Source: Callorhinchus milii
Lineage: Eukaryota
Length of the DNA: 40,942 nucleotides
Direction of reading: 5' to 3'
Assembly: GCF_018977255.1 (NCBI RefSeq)
Contig: NW_024705481.1
Span: forward strand, 1 to 40,942
Shown here: in pieces, positions 24,816 through 35,776 of the stretch
Layout: the number at the start of each line of letters is the position of its first letter
How positions within the stretch are numbered: the stretch's first letter is position 1
Program-made: the position numbers and the translations under genes
The notes under the pieces: model-generated
What the model was told of the DNA's origin: nothing
Database searches by the model: none
What the model saw: the letters and a program-made list of their open reading frames with translations, nothing else

Positions 24816-25176
24816 AATTATTTTATATGTTTTATTTTTATTATTTTATTATTTCTACTCTATTATTAATTAATTTATCATATTAATCGTCAACTACTTA
24901 AACTAAATGAAGGTCCTGTTTGGTGGGGGCATTACCTCCCCGCCCCTGTGCCCCCTCCCTCTAAACTCCACCCCATGAACACAACGGATGTGTAACACGT
25001 GGGTGGCAAATTCTCCCTTTGGTCCAATGTATGGCAAAAGTCACACCATTGTCTCCATCACCACAAAAAACGGTGGTAAAGCGCCGAGGTTTGGCAGGTT
25101 TCATTTAAATCAAACGAGGGGGCTAGCACTCAAAATGTGCGAACAGATAGATCGGTATAGCTCGTCGTGCTACATA

Positions 25177-25774
25177 TGTAGGGGTGTTACGGAGGGGGTG
25201 TTATACAGTTGTGTCGGACGGTAAACAAACACACTGGGCGTGGCTATGTCTGTGCGCGGGGAGGTGCTCACAGCGACGTCCGCACGGGCAGCCTGGGGGG
25301 CTGACACGGAGCTGGGATCCCCCGCGGCCCCACCCCTCAGCGGGGGAGTTGCTATATAAGGGGGTGAGCCGGAGGGCTCGAGCAGAATGTATTAAGCTTA
25401 ACCAGTGAAGAAGGAAGATCTACTAGATAGAGCCCTGGACTCCCCTGGATCGCTGCCCTTCTCAGGGCCGACCAGGACCGAGCCAGTGGCGTGGCCCGAG
25501 AGCCAGAGCCGGTGCTCTTGTCAGAGCTGGTCTGGGGACTCCGGGCGCCGTAATCCCAGCTTAACCAGGGCTGGGTTTGCTAGCCTCCCCTAGCCCGATA
25601 GTGGAGGACCTAGAGGTAGGCTAGGTGTAGCCTAGAGCGTGACTCCCCAGTTAGACGGGTGAAGGGGCCGACACCCCTTCCAGTGCTGTACGTCCCGGTC
25701 TGTATTGTACCTTGTACGGAATAAATAAGTGTGCCTCCAACCCCGGCGTCCAAGTCCTCCTGAACGTTATTACA
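25177..25774 (+). mobile_element. Probable solo LTR (598 bp)
   Basis: TGTA...TACA ends, near-TSD CATA/CATG, TATATAA at 25353-25359 and AATAAA at 25720-25725. Confidence 0.65.
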
Positions 25775-26589
25775 CATGGACCATATTCATGGCCTTTAGC
25801 TTTAGTATCGCCCTCCTACCGGCAGATGAATGCTCCACCTGCAGGCCGCTGCGGTGTTCACGCCCCGTGCCACGCAAGGACGAAGCTGCCTGCCATGAGG
25901 GGACGTCCCCTCGGCTTCAGATAGAGAGAGAGAAATAAGTATAACCCGTAAAACAAAGTTTTTCACTATAAATCCTTTATATGCGTGGCGGCTAGAGTCC
26001 TCTCGTCCTCTGGCTTGAGATGGCTGCCACCTATGGGTCAGATGATTGTCTGCCAGTATTAAGCAATTGGTAATTAAATATTTAATTTGTTTTCCCTAAA
26101 CAGTCTAAAATTTTGGAAACATTTTTTCACGAACATTAATTGTCACGCACAACGAGTCTGTGTGCAAAATGTCAGCTCGATTTGATCACGGGAAGTGGGT
26201 TAAAAAACGACCGAAAGATTTGCACGGTCGTAAGCAAGCAAGCAAGCAAGTGAACTTAATATAAAGGATTTAAAAACAACCGTGCGCTCTGAGACGTGTC
26301 GTATGATCATTCAGCATTGGCCCTGCGCTCATTGCTCTGAACTGGGAACTAGTTTAAGATTTCGAATTTGTTTGGATATCACAGATTTTTTTTGAAGGCT
26401 CAGTTTGGGATTTAATTTAATATTTTCATAAAAAAATGTAACTAGTGTTACGGTTTAATAACTTTAATTGTTTTTAAACTCATTGGTAACCATTCTAAGG
26501 ATGAAATGTATCGTTGAAATATTCTTTAAATGAACATTAATAGAAGTTCTACATCATGGGACCTCCTTTGCCAGTACCAAAATATAAGT

Positions 26590-27392
26590 GTAGGTTGTAC
26601 CCTTTTTTCTGGCAACAAAACAGGTGTTAAGAGGCCGTCCATAAATGACGTCACGCGATTATGGACGATTTTTGACCCCCCCCCCCCCATCGTCACGCGG
26701 CGTCACAAAAAGCCAGACCCCCCCTCCCTCAAATATGACGTCACAAAGCTCTGCCCCCCCCCTCCCCCCAAAATAAAACATGCTTCAAATCGCTTTAAGC
26801 TATCGTCATTGTAGTGCGTATTTGATGTGGTCACCCCGTGGTGCCCTTTTAAAACTCAACGTTTAACCTACTCACGCCGGCTTGTGTCCGCCCAAACAAG
26901 TGGTCCATATTTGCGGAATACACCACGCCGCCGTTGACCCTGACCATTGACCGAGCAACCCAACGTTACTACCAGCTCCCTCGGAGGAATGTGTTTAAAG
27001 TTGCGCATTTTAATGTGACGTCACATTTCTCACCCCCCCATCACACATCGTCACAAATGCTTGTGGTCAGAATACAAACAAAATTACGTACTCTGATAAT
27101 ATATGCATTGTCTTTGAAACTGATTGGTCCACACCAGAGACATCTTTCTTTTCAGCCTCGTCTCAAAACGGTGTTAGACCAGAGGACTAGGCTCCAAAGA
27201 AAGCTGTCTCTGGTGTGGACCAATCAGTTTCAAAGACAATGCATATATTATCAGAGTACGTTTTTTTTATTTGCATTCTGACCACAAGTATTGTGGTTAA
27301 TGCAGACATGATTCCTTGTAAAAGGTTTCAGTTTGGTGTTTTATCATCTTAACACCTGTTTTGTTGCCAGCAAAAAAGGGGAAAACCTATTC
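26590..27392. mobile_element. Long-TIR palindromic MITE interrupted by the Harbinger MITE; other copies ~6735-6890 and ~19437-19813
   Basis: 27060-27150 is the inverse of 27200-27290. The outer arm CTGGCAACAAAACAGGTGTTAA is mirrored near 27348-27370. Confidence 0.7.
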
Positions 27393-28063
27393 TCATTAAT
27401 ATAAGTCACATATATTTTTTGGAACAATCCAACACTTTTTCGGGGGTACCCACACTTTATCCAACCACACACGACTTGCCTGCTGATCGACAAACTGTGG
27501 TTGTCCCCCATTTACACCACTGTGTGGACCAAGGCACCCCATCCACATCGTTTGATTTCAATTGATTCTGCCAAACCTCAGCGCTTTACCACCGGTTTCT
27601 TTTGGTAATGGAGACAATGGTGTGACTTTTTGCCATAAATTGGACCAAAAGGAGAATTAGTCCACCCAAGTGTATCAAATCCGTTGTGTTCATGGGCAGA
27701 GTTTGGAGGGATGGGACACGGGGGCGGGGGTTGAAGAAATGTTGCACCACATTGTATCTTCAGCTGTCGCGCCAGAAGATCGAATCGGGGACCCCTGGAT
27801 TTGAAATCTATCAAGCATTTCCCAACCAAAACAAAAAATCCGAAAGATTACAAATTAAAAAGCCATGCAGAATTAAGTTGTCAACCGGCCCAGTCACCCT
27901 GGCAAAGAGCGTCACAGCTCAATGGGCATTATTCGGAAAATAAACTTCTGATTCTGATCCTGAATTACTTGAGGCTCCTGTTATTCATTCATGTGAAACC
28001 CACGTCTCATATGTACCGCCTTGTTAAACCTCGCAGATCTCCAAAGGAGCGACAGCTATTGGG

Positions 28064-30505
28064 ATGGCGGGCTGGCCGGGGATGTTCGTTGCTGCCGCGG
28101 TCCTGCTCTGCCTCCCGCACCCGGGCTCCTGTGTACGCGGAGAGGCCTTCTTCTTGGGGCGCCAGTGCAGCGTCGTCGGTGACGTGGCCGACTGCTCGCG
28201 ACGTGGCCTCTCGGCCGTGCCATCCGGGCTGCCGCCCTCCATCGCCCAGCTGGACCTGTCTCACAACCGCATCGAATCGCTGTTAGCCAACGACTTTTCC
28301 GACGTGCCGTTGCTTCGCGTCCTCAACCTGGCCTTCAACCGCGTTCGCGACATACATCCCGGGGCTCTGGCGCACACCGCTCTCCTCCAGCACTTGGACC
28401 TCTACCACAATGAGCTGCTCGAGATCCCCGCGGAAGCCGTGGGCAACCTCCGCCTGCTGCAGGTCCTCAACATCGCCATGAACAACTACACGTCTTTCGT
28501 GCTGGGCGGAGCGTTTGCAAATCTGCACAGCCTCAGGTCGCTTACTATCGGCACCGCTCGCACGGACGTCCTCAATGCGTCGGACTTCACGGCACTGCAG
28601 AACGTCAGCGTGACGCATCTGAACGTCCACACAGGCTCTCCGCTCATGAAGTTCGAACCAGGAGTGTTCGCCCCGTTTAAGATGCTTCAGAGCTTCCGAA
28701 TGAACTTTACCGTCGATGACGACCCGGTCATATTTTCCAAGGTTCTCCTCGATTTAAATAAAACGAAGGTTTCCGAGTTTCAGACAGACCGAGTGCTGCT
28801 GAATCCTGTGAAAAATATGTCCATTGATTTCTTTTATGGCCTTGAAAAGTGCTCTCTGCTCAGAAACCTCACACTCGTTGCTGCCAACTTCACAGACCAA
28901 GAAATAACGAGCCTGCTGAAAAACGTCTACTTGTCTCAGATCACGTCTGTCGAGATAACAAACTCCTCGTACACGGATAAAAACGTCGTCTCATTCTTCG
29001 GCCTTAAGAATGTGACCAAACTATCGCCTCTTGAGAAAGTAACAATCAATCAGATTTTTCACCTGAACATGACCTACCCAAAGTTTGCTATCAATTTCAC
29101 ACTTTTTCCATCCTTTTCCAAACTTAAAATATCCCACACTGGCATGAACAAAGTGGAGTGTTTTTTCATGAAACTCAAATTTATCACTTGGCTCGACTTC
29201 TCAAGCAACCTCCTCGACGAGGAAGGCCTCTGGTGGACAAACTGCAAATATACAATCATCCTTCCACGCACCACTGAACTTTACATCAGCAATAACAAGT
29301 TCACGGATCTGCAAATCATATCCAGCATGGTGTCTCTAATGCCAAGCATTACGTTGTTGGACGTTGGTTACAATTATATCACTGACATTGACGACTGCAG
29401 TTGGCCTCCAACTCTCGAAACACTGATCCTGCGGAACAATGACATCAGCAAAGATTCCCGCATCTGCACATCGCCGCAGCTGAAGGTGTTAGATCTTTCT
29501 TACACGCGGATGGAGGCTGTGCCCTATTACATCCTCGATGATGCAAAGTCCTTGAGAGAGCTGTATCTGACGGGCAATAACATCCACTACATCCAGCCAG
29601 AAATACAGTCCTCATCCCTGCAGGTCCTGCACGTTGACTACAACACGCTGGGAATCATAACTAAAGGGACATTTCAACTCCTTCCGAAAATCAGGGCCCT
29701 CAAATTGGGAAACAACCTCTTTTATTGCATGTGCGACCTTTACTGGTTCCGCCAGACATTTGATAAATCTCTCTTGGTGGATTGGCCTCAAAAATACGTC
29801 TGCAGTTATCCAGAGAATCTGGCAGAGAAGACTCTGGATTGTTTCAACCCGAGCATTGTATCCTGCGACAAAAGGATCGCGATCGGACTCAGCGTCGTGA
29901 TCACGGCGGTGGTCGTAGCGTTGGTTTTGGGCCTGGGTTATTACTTCGACGCCGTCTGGTACATAAGGATGGGCTGGATATGGGTGGGAGCCAAGCGGAG
30001 GGGCTACAAGCACGTAACAAGTGGGGAAGCGCCCCCCTTTGAGTACAACGCGTTCATCTCCTACAGCCACATGGACTCGGACTGGGTGGAAGGAACTTTG
30101 GTACCGAGGCTCGAGAACTCGGGCTCCAACCTGAAGCTGTGCGTGCACGAACGGGACTTCACCCCGGGGGAGTGGGTCGTGGACAATATCATTCGCTGCA
30201 TCGAAGGGTCCTCCAAGACACTTTTCGTCCTCTCCAAGAGCTTCGTGAACAGCGAGTGGTGCAACTACGAGCTCTACTTTGCGCAGCACCGCATAATGGA
30301 GCAGCACCAGGACTCGCTCGTGCTGGTCCTGCTCGAGTCGCTGCCCAAAAACTCGCTGCCGAACAAGTTCTGCAGGCTGCGTCGGCTCCTCAACAGAAAG
30401 ACCTACCTAGAGTGGCCGGCAGAGGAGAGCAAGCAGGCCATCTTCTGGGCCAGCCTGCAGGCCATACTGCAGACGACCTCCAGTCCCACCAACCCCGTGA
30501 CATAA
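28064..30505 (+). CDS. TLR14: Toll-like receptor, TLR1/2 subfamily (TLR14-like), 813 aa, single coding exon
   Basis: Signal peptide, LRRNT (CSVVGDVADCSRRGLSAVP), many LxxLxLxxN repeats, family-type CSWP motif, LRRCT (FYCMCDL..C..P..C), TM (IAIGLSVVITAVVVALVLGLGYYF), and a TIR domain with box 1 YNAFISYS, BB loop HERDFTPG, SEWCNYEL and box 3 FW. The TLR call is secure; the TLR14 name is less certain. Confidence 0.95.
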   Translation: MAGWPGMFVAAAVLLCLPHPGSCVRGEAFFLGRQCSVVGDVADCSRRGLSAVPSGLPPSIAQLDLSHNRIESLLANDFSDVPLLRVLNLAFNRVRDIHPGALAHTALLQHLDLYHNELLEIPAEAVGNLRLLQVLNIAMNNYTSFVLGGAFANLHSLRSLTIGTARTDVLNASDFTALQNVSVTHLNVHTGSPLMKFEPGVFAPFKMLQSFRMNFTVDDDPVIFSKVLLDLNKTKVSEFQTDRVLLNPVKNMSIDFFYGLEKCSLLRNLTLVAANFTDQEITSLLKNVYLSQITSVEITNSSYTDKNVVSFFGLKNVTKLSPLEKVTINQIFHLNMTYPKFAINFTLFPSFSKLKISHTGMNKVECFFMKLKFITWLDFSSNLLDEEGLWWTNCKYTIILPRTTELYISNNKFTDLQIISSMVSLMPSITLLDVGYNYITDIDDCSWPPTLETLILRNNDISKDSRICTSPQLKVLDLSYTRMEAVPYYILDDAKSLRELYLTGNNIHYIQPEIQSSSLQVLHVDYNTLGIITKGTFQLLPKIRALKLGNNLFYCMCDLYWFRQTFDKSLLVDWPQKYVCSYPENLAEKTLDCFNPSIVSCDKRIAIGLSVVITAVVVALVLGLGYYFDAVWYIRMGWIWVGAKRRGYKHVTSGEAPPFEYNAFISYSHMDSDWVEGTLVPRLENSGSNLKLCVHERDFTPGEWVVDNIIRCIEGSSKTLFVLSKSFVNSEWCNYELYFAQHRIMEQHQDSLVLVLLESLPKNSLPNKFCRLRRLLNRKTYLEWPAEESKQAIFWASLQAILQTTSSPTNPVT

Positions 30506-30642
30506 GGCCACAATAGTTCTCAACTTGTTGGTCTAGTGGCCCAAAGGCCCCCAGAAAACTGGGCCCCGCTCTCCCCCCACCCCACCACCCACCATCACCT
30601 CCGTCCTACTCACAGATGTGATGTTGCCGTGTGGTTTTACCC

Positions 30643-30648
30643 AATAAA
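30643..30648 (+). promoter_or_regulatory. Candidate polyadenylation signal of the TLR gene
   Basis: AATAAA about 140 nt after the TLR stop codon. Confidence 0.45.
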
Positions 30649-30861
30649 GTAAATGTCGAGTAATTTGCAAATTTGGAAATTCGGACCGTGGCACCGGAAT
30701 ACGTGGCTTACTCTTGTTTGGTTAATGTCACAGGATTGCTTGGTTAATGTCACCAGACGAGATAGTTAACATCTGAGTACAGTATTGGATCACCGACACA
30801 ACTATCTGGCTCTTGCGACACAATAGCACAAATTATGTTAATGACAACTAAATTATATGTA

Positions 30862-33800
30862 ATTCAAGTATGTCATTGCATTACATAATTTGAAATTGGT
30901 ATCTAAGTTACACCTCACAGTAATTGTTAATGTCATTTGAATGCATTTTGCTTGAACCTCTATTGGTGGGCAGATATATAAGTGGGATGTATGGTTGCGG
31001 TGATATAATTTTCCGCGATATCAAATTTCATGACATAACAGTTCTCCGTAACTTTGCAATTGTAATTTTGTCTGCTTTGCTGTGCAGTCTCTTCCTCCTA
31101 TAATGCGGTAGCAGTTGTTGCGTTCCTGAAGAACACCGGGTTGGGGGAAAAAAATCGCGTGATCATGAATAATGCAGGGTAAAGCATAGTCCGCGATAAC
31201 GCGTGAGATGCCTACGCAGGCTTAACAAACACTCGGTTGCATCTGGAAGCATCCCGCCTTGCGCGATGCTACGCCAAGGCAGCCGTTACAACCGCGTTAT
31301 ATTCAATTCGCATGTGCATTGTAAAGAACAAAATGTGTTCCCTAATACATTCATCGCGTTATGAATACAGCGCACGTTCCAGAACAGACTATTCTTCCAG
31401 TTTGCATGTTACGTAAAATATGTTCAACTGCTTTTCATGCTGCACAAGGCTGTCATAAGTCGTCTCATGATTGCAACGTTACAATGTCGTCTTATTGCTG
31501 ATGTTAATATTATTGGTAAGTAAAATCGTTGTTGGTGTTAATGTTCATACGCTATGTTATTTTGCTCATGTTGGTTTGGTGTTGTTCTTGTGTCATATTG
31601 TTGTTGATTGAAAGTGAGCCAGCGAGTGTCTTTGACAAATGCATATGCAGGGTGCTTAAAGAATTTTGTTACACTTATACGGAACTATCGTTTTATATTA
31701 AATAAGAACGGATAATACACTGTAACATGATAACAAATGTATATTAATGGCTTCATAAAGTCAAAGAGTCGTCACTTGTTCGCCATCATTGTCAACTCAT
31801 GCCTGGAATCTTCTCCAGGTGGTCTCCAGAGCCCGGAGGCACATTTCTTGTGATATTGTTGTAAATTCTCAGAAGTGTAAACTTTTTTTTCTGGGCACCC
31901 TGGATATCCATATCACGTGCGATTCACTTAAGTTACATCCTGCGCAAATACACGGGCAGTGTTCGTTAAAATACAAGCTGTGTAGTTATATTTCTCTTTT
32001 ATCCGAGTGTTCCTCAACAATGCAGGTGCAGTAGCACTTCTCGATTGGGGTGTGGCAGGGTCCAAGGTCCAGTGGCCGCACATTTATTAAACACGTTCCT
32101 CCTGCGGAGGGAGCTGGTAGGAACGTTGGGTTGCTCGGTCAATGGCCAGGGTCAAGGGCGGCGTGGTGTTTTCCGCAGATATGCCCGACTGTGAGGGCGG
32201 GCACAAGCCGGCGTGAGTAGGTTAAACGTTGAGTTTTATAAGGGCACCACGGGGTGACCAGCCCCTCCCCACCCTCCCACCCCTCCCACCCCCCACCCTC
32301 CCCACCCAGCCCCTCCCCACCCTCCCTACCCGGCCCTTCCCCACCCTCCTCACCCAGCCCCACCCCTCCCATTTTTGGGTGCACGACGGACGGACACAAT
32401 AATCCCCTGTGGGCTGGTGGAACCAGGTGGTTCCTAACAGTAATATATTTTAGAATGTTCCCGGATGGCGCTGGAGAAAGCACTGTGACGGCACGTGATT
32501 CAAGTATGCCATTGCATTAGATAATTTGAAATTGGTATCTAAGTTACACCTCACAGTAATTGTTAATGTCATTTGAATGCATTTTACTTGAACCTCTATT
32601 GGTGGGAAGATATATAAGTGGGATATATGGTTGCGGTGATATAATTTTCCGCGATATCAAATTTCATGACAAAACAGTTCTCCGTAACTTTGCAATTGTA
32701 TTTTTGTCTGCTTTGCTGTGCAGTCTCTTCCTCCTATAATGCGGTAGCAGTTGTTGCGTTCCTGAAGAACACCGGGTTGGGGGAAAAAAATCGCGTGATC
32801 ATGAATAATGCAGGGTAAAGCATAGTCCGCGATAACGCGTGAGATGCCTACGCAGGCTTAACAAACACTCGGTTGCATCTGGAAGCATCCCGCCTTGCGC
32901 GATGCTACGCCAAGGCAGCCGTCACAACCGCTTATTCCTACTCGATCGCGTTATATTCAATTCGCATGTGCATTGTAAAAAAAAAACCTGTTCCCTAATA
33001 CATTTATCGCGTTATATACAATTCGCGTTATGAATACAACGCACGTTCCAGAACAGACTATTCTTCCAGTTTGCATGTTACGTAAAAGATGTTCAACTGC
33101 TTTTCATGCTGCACAAGGCTGTCATAAGTCGTCTCATGATTGCAACGTTACAATGTCGTCTTATTGCTGATGTTAATATTATTGTTAAGTAAAATCGTTG
33201 TTGGTGTTCATGTTCATACGCTATGTTATTTTGCTCATGTTGGTTTGGTGTTGTTCTTGTGTCATATTGTTGTTGATTGAAAGTGAGCCAGCGAGTGTCT
33301 TTGACAAATGAATATGCAGGGTGCTTAAAGAATTTTGTTACACTTATACGGAACTATCGTTTTCGATGGAATAAGAACGGATAATACACTGTAACATGAT
33401 AACAAATGTATGTTAATGGCTTCATAAAGTCAGAGTCTTCACTTGTTCGCCATCATTGTCCACTCATGCCTGGAATCTTCTCTCCAGGTGGTCTCCAGAG
33501 CCCGGAGGCACATTTCTTGTGATATTGTTGTAAATTCTCAGAAGTGTAAAAAAAAAATTCTAGGCACCCTGGATATCCATATCGCGTGCGATTCACTTAA
33601 GTTACATCTTGCGCAAATACACGGGCAGTGTTCGTTAAAATACAAGCTGTGGAGTTATATTTCTCTTTTATCCGAGTGTTCCTCAACAATGCAGGTGCAG
33701 TAGCACTTCTCGATTGGTGTGGCAGGGTCCAAGGTCCAGTGGCCGCACATTTATTAAACACATTCCTCCTGCGGAGGGAGCTGGTAGGAACGTTGGGTTG

Positions 33801-34167
33801 CTCAGTCAATGGCCAGGGTCACCGGCGGCGTGGTGTATTCCGCAAATATGGCCGACTGTGAGGGCGGGCACAAGCCGGCGTGAGTAGGTTAAACGTTGAG
33901 TTTTATAAGGGCACCACGGGGTGACCAGCCCCTCCCCACCCAGCCCCACCCCTCCCACCCCCACCCTCCCCACCCAGCCCCTCCCCACCCTCCCCACCCA
34001 GCCCCTCCCCACCCTCCTCACCCAGCCCCACCCCTCCCATTTTTTGATGCACGACGGACGGACACAATAATCCCCTGTGGGCTGGTGGAACCAGGTGGTT
34101 CCTACCAGTAATCTATTTTAGAATGTTCCCGGATAGCGCTGGGGAAAGCACTCTGACGGCACGTGAT
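30862..34167. repeat. Tandem duplication of a ~1.64-kb unit (30862-32497 and 32498-34167)
   Basis: Colinear, highly similar copies with small indels; AT microhomology at the junction. Confidence 0.92.
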
Positions 34168-35510
34168 GACGTCCACAGGAGTGGGGAATCTGTATTCGCG
34201 ACCTTCAGCACGAGCCCTACGCAGTATTAACTTTTTTCGCAACGTACGTAGCCAACCATGCTAATCGGAGGTGCATTGGTGGAAATGGGCTGGAATACCC
34301 CGGAACATCCTGGAACGCCGTGGTAGGAGTGGGAATGTGAACCCAACTGTGTTCCGGAAGGAATTAAGGTTTCATCTTTGTTTTTATTTGACTCACAGAT
34401 AGACCCATAGGCGAACAGAGAGACCCACAGACACACACAATTACCCACATACACACACAGTTACCTACAGACAAGCTCAGAAACACACAGTTACCCACAG
34501 ACACGCTCAGAGATCCACAGACACGCAGATACCCACATATGAGCACAGAGACCCACGCACGGAAGTGATGCTCCTGTTCCCTCCTCCGATCTAGTGTGGG
34601 GGGGGGGATCATTTATGAGTTCCCCGGTAATGTCTTCCCATTGCCAGGCCAGCAGTGCGCACAGCCAATGAACACGGACAGACGAGCCTCCCAGTGTGCA
34701 CCACGCTGCCACGCACGTGATCTCTCCATCACACGCCAATCAGCTCCAATGCACCACACCCAGTGTCACGCGGGCTGCCACTATTTAACATGAACGTCAT
34801 CGACGTTTGAGTTTTCCCACCAAAACACGGCTACGGGCGATTACTTCGAAACGCACACACGTGCACACCGCAGCTATTGCTAACACGGGGCGCGTACGCG
34901 CTTGCACCTGCGGGCGATTACCTCTTTACGCGCGCACACACTGCGGCTCCCCGCGTTCACTCTCGCCGCACATTCCCCCACGCAGTCGTTCCACACAGAA
35001 ATCACAGACACCACACCGATTCTCTGTGCTAAAAATGCTTAGCCTATCACTGCCGCGTGGCGGCACTCGCTGGCGTCACACGGATGCTGCGAGCGGCTCG
35101 AGAAGGCAGGACGGCAGGGAGTGGGTCTTGGTGGGTCTTGGTGGGTCTTGTGGGTCTTGGCGGCCAAGCGGTTAAAGGAAACCAACCGGACGGTGGTTGG
35201 TGGAAAACCAACCACCATCGGGTTGGCTGCCCACCACTGACATTATCTCTTTCACACGCTGGTTGCCTGCTTTGAGTTTTACCCACCCAGCAGCATAGCA
35301 AGGGGCTGCTTTGTCCTGACTTGCTTTTCTGCTTCTGCCATCTACTTAACAAATGCTCAGTCCCGGCAGTAACCACAGCCGTACTAACCTTATCAAATAA
35401 CAACTCTCCCGCAGCCCATCCTGGCTCCTCCCCCTCAACTAGTATATATACAAGGTCGGGTCTCTTGGGATTTCTCTTTACTTGATACAGCAATCGTGCT
35501 GTGACGGTTC

Positions 35511-35551
35511 CACCTGAAGACGGAAGCTTGTGTTGCCTCCGAAACGTCGTG
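35511..35551 (+). ncRNA. Minimal hammerhead ribozyme motif
   Basis: CAC-CTGAAGA-C-GGAAGC-ttgtgtt-GCCTCC-GAAA-CG-TC^GTG; intact core, stem II 5/6 paired, 3-bp stem I. Confidence 0.7.
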
Positions 35552-35739
35552 ATTTAGTATTCTATTTCTATTATTTCTTCTAGTATTTTTATTATTTATT
35601 TTTATTATTTATTTTTTCCTACGTGACTTTACCGAAAAAACCTAAGAGTATACTTACATTATCATTGGCTGCTGACATTTGGGCTACGCCAATTTCAAAC
35701 CCTTAGAAACAGTTTGCCTTTGAAGCTAACCCCCCTTTT

Positions 35740-35776
35740 CCTGAAGATGACCGCTTGTGTTGCGATCGAAACGTCG
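35740..35776 (+). ncRNA. Minimal hammerhead ribozyme motif, weak stem I
   Basis: CTGAAGA-T-GACCGC-ttgtgtt-GCGATC-GAAA-CG-TC; intact core, stem II 5/6 paired. Confidence 0.6.

Noticed and set aside
28064..28560. LRRNT and LRRs as a variable lymphocyte receptor or VLR cassette
   Set aside because: The ORF continues into a TM helix and TIR domain, and has no VLR stalk or GPI signal.
29612..30307. 231-aa antisense ORF within the TLR
   Set aside because: Shadow of GC-rich codon usage on the coding strand; no recognisable motifs.
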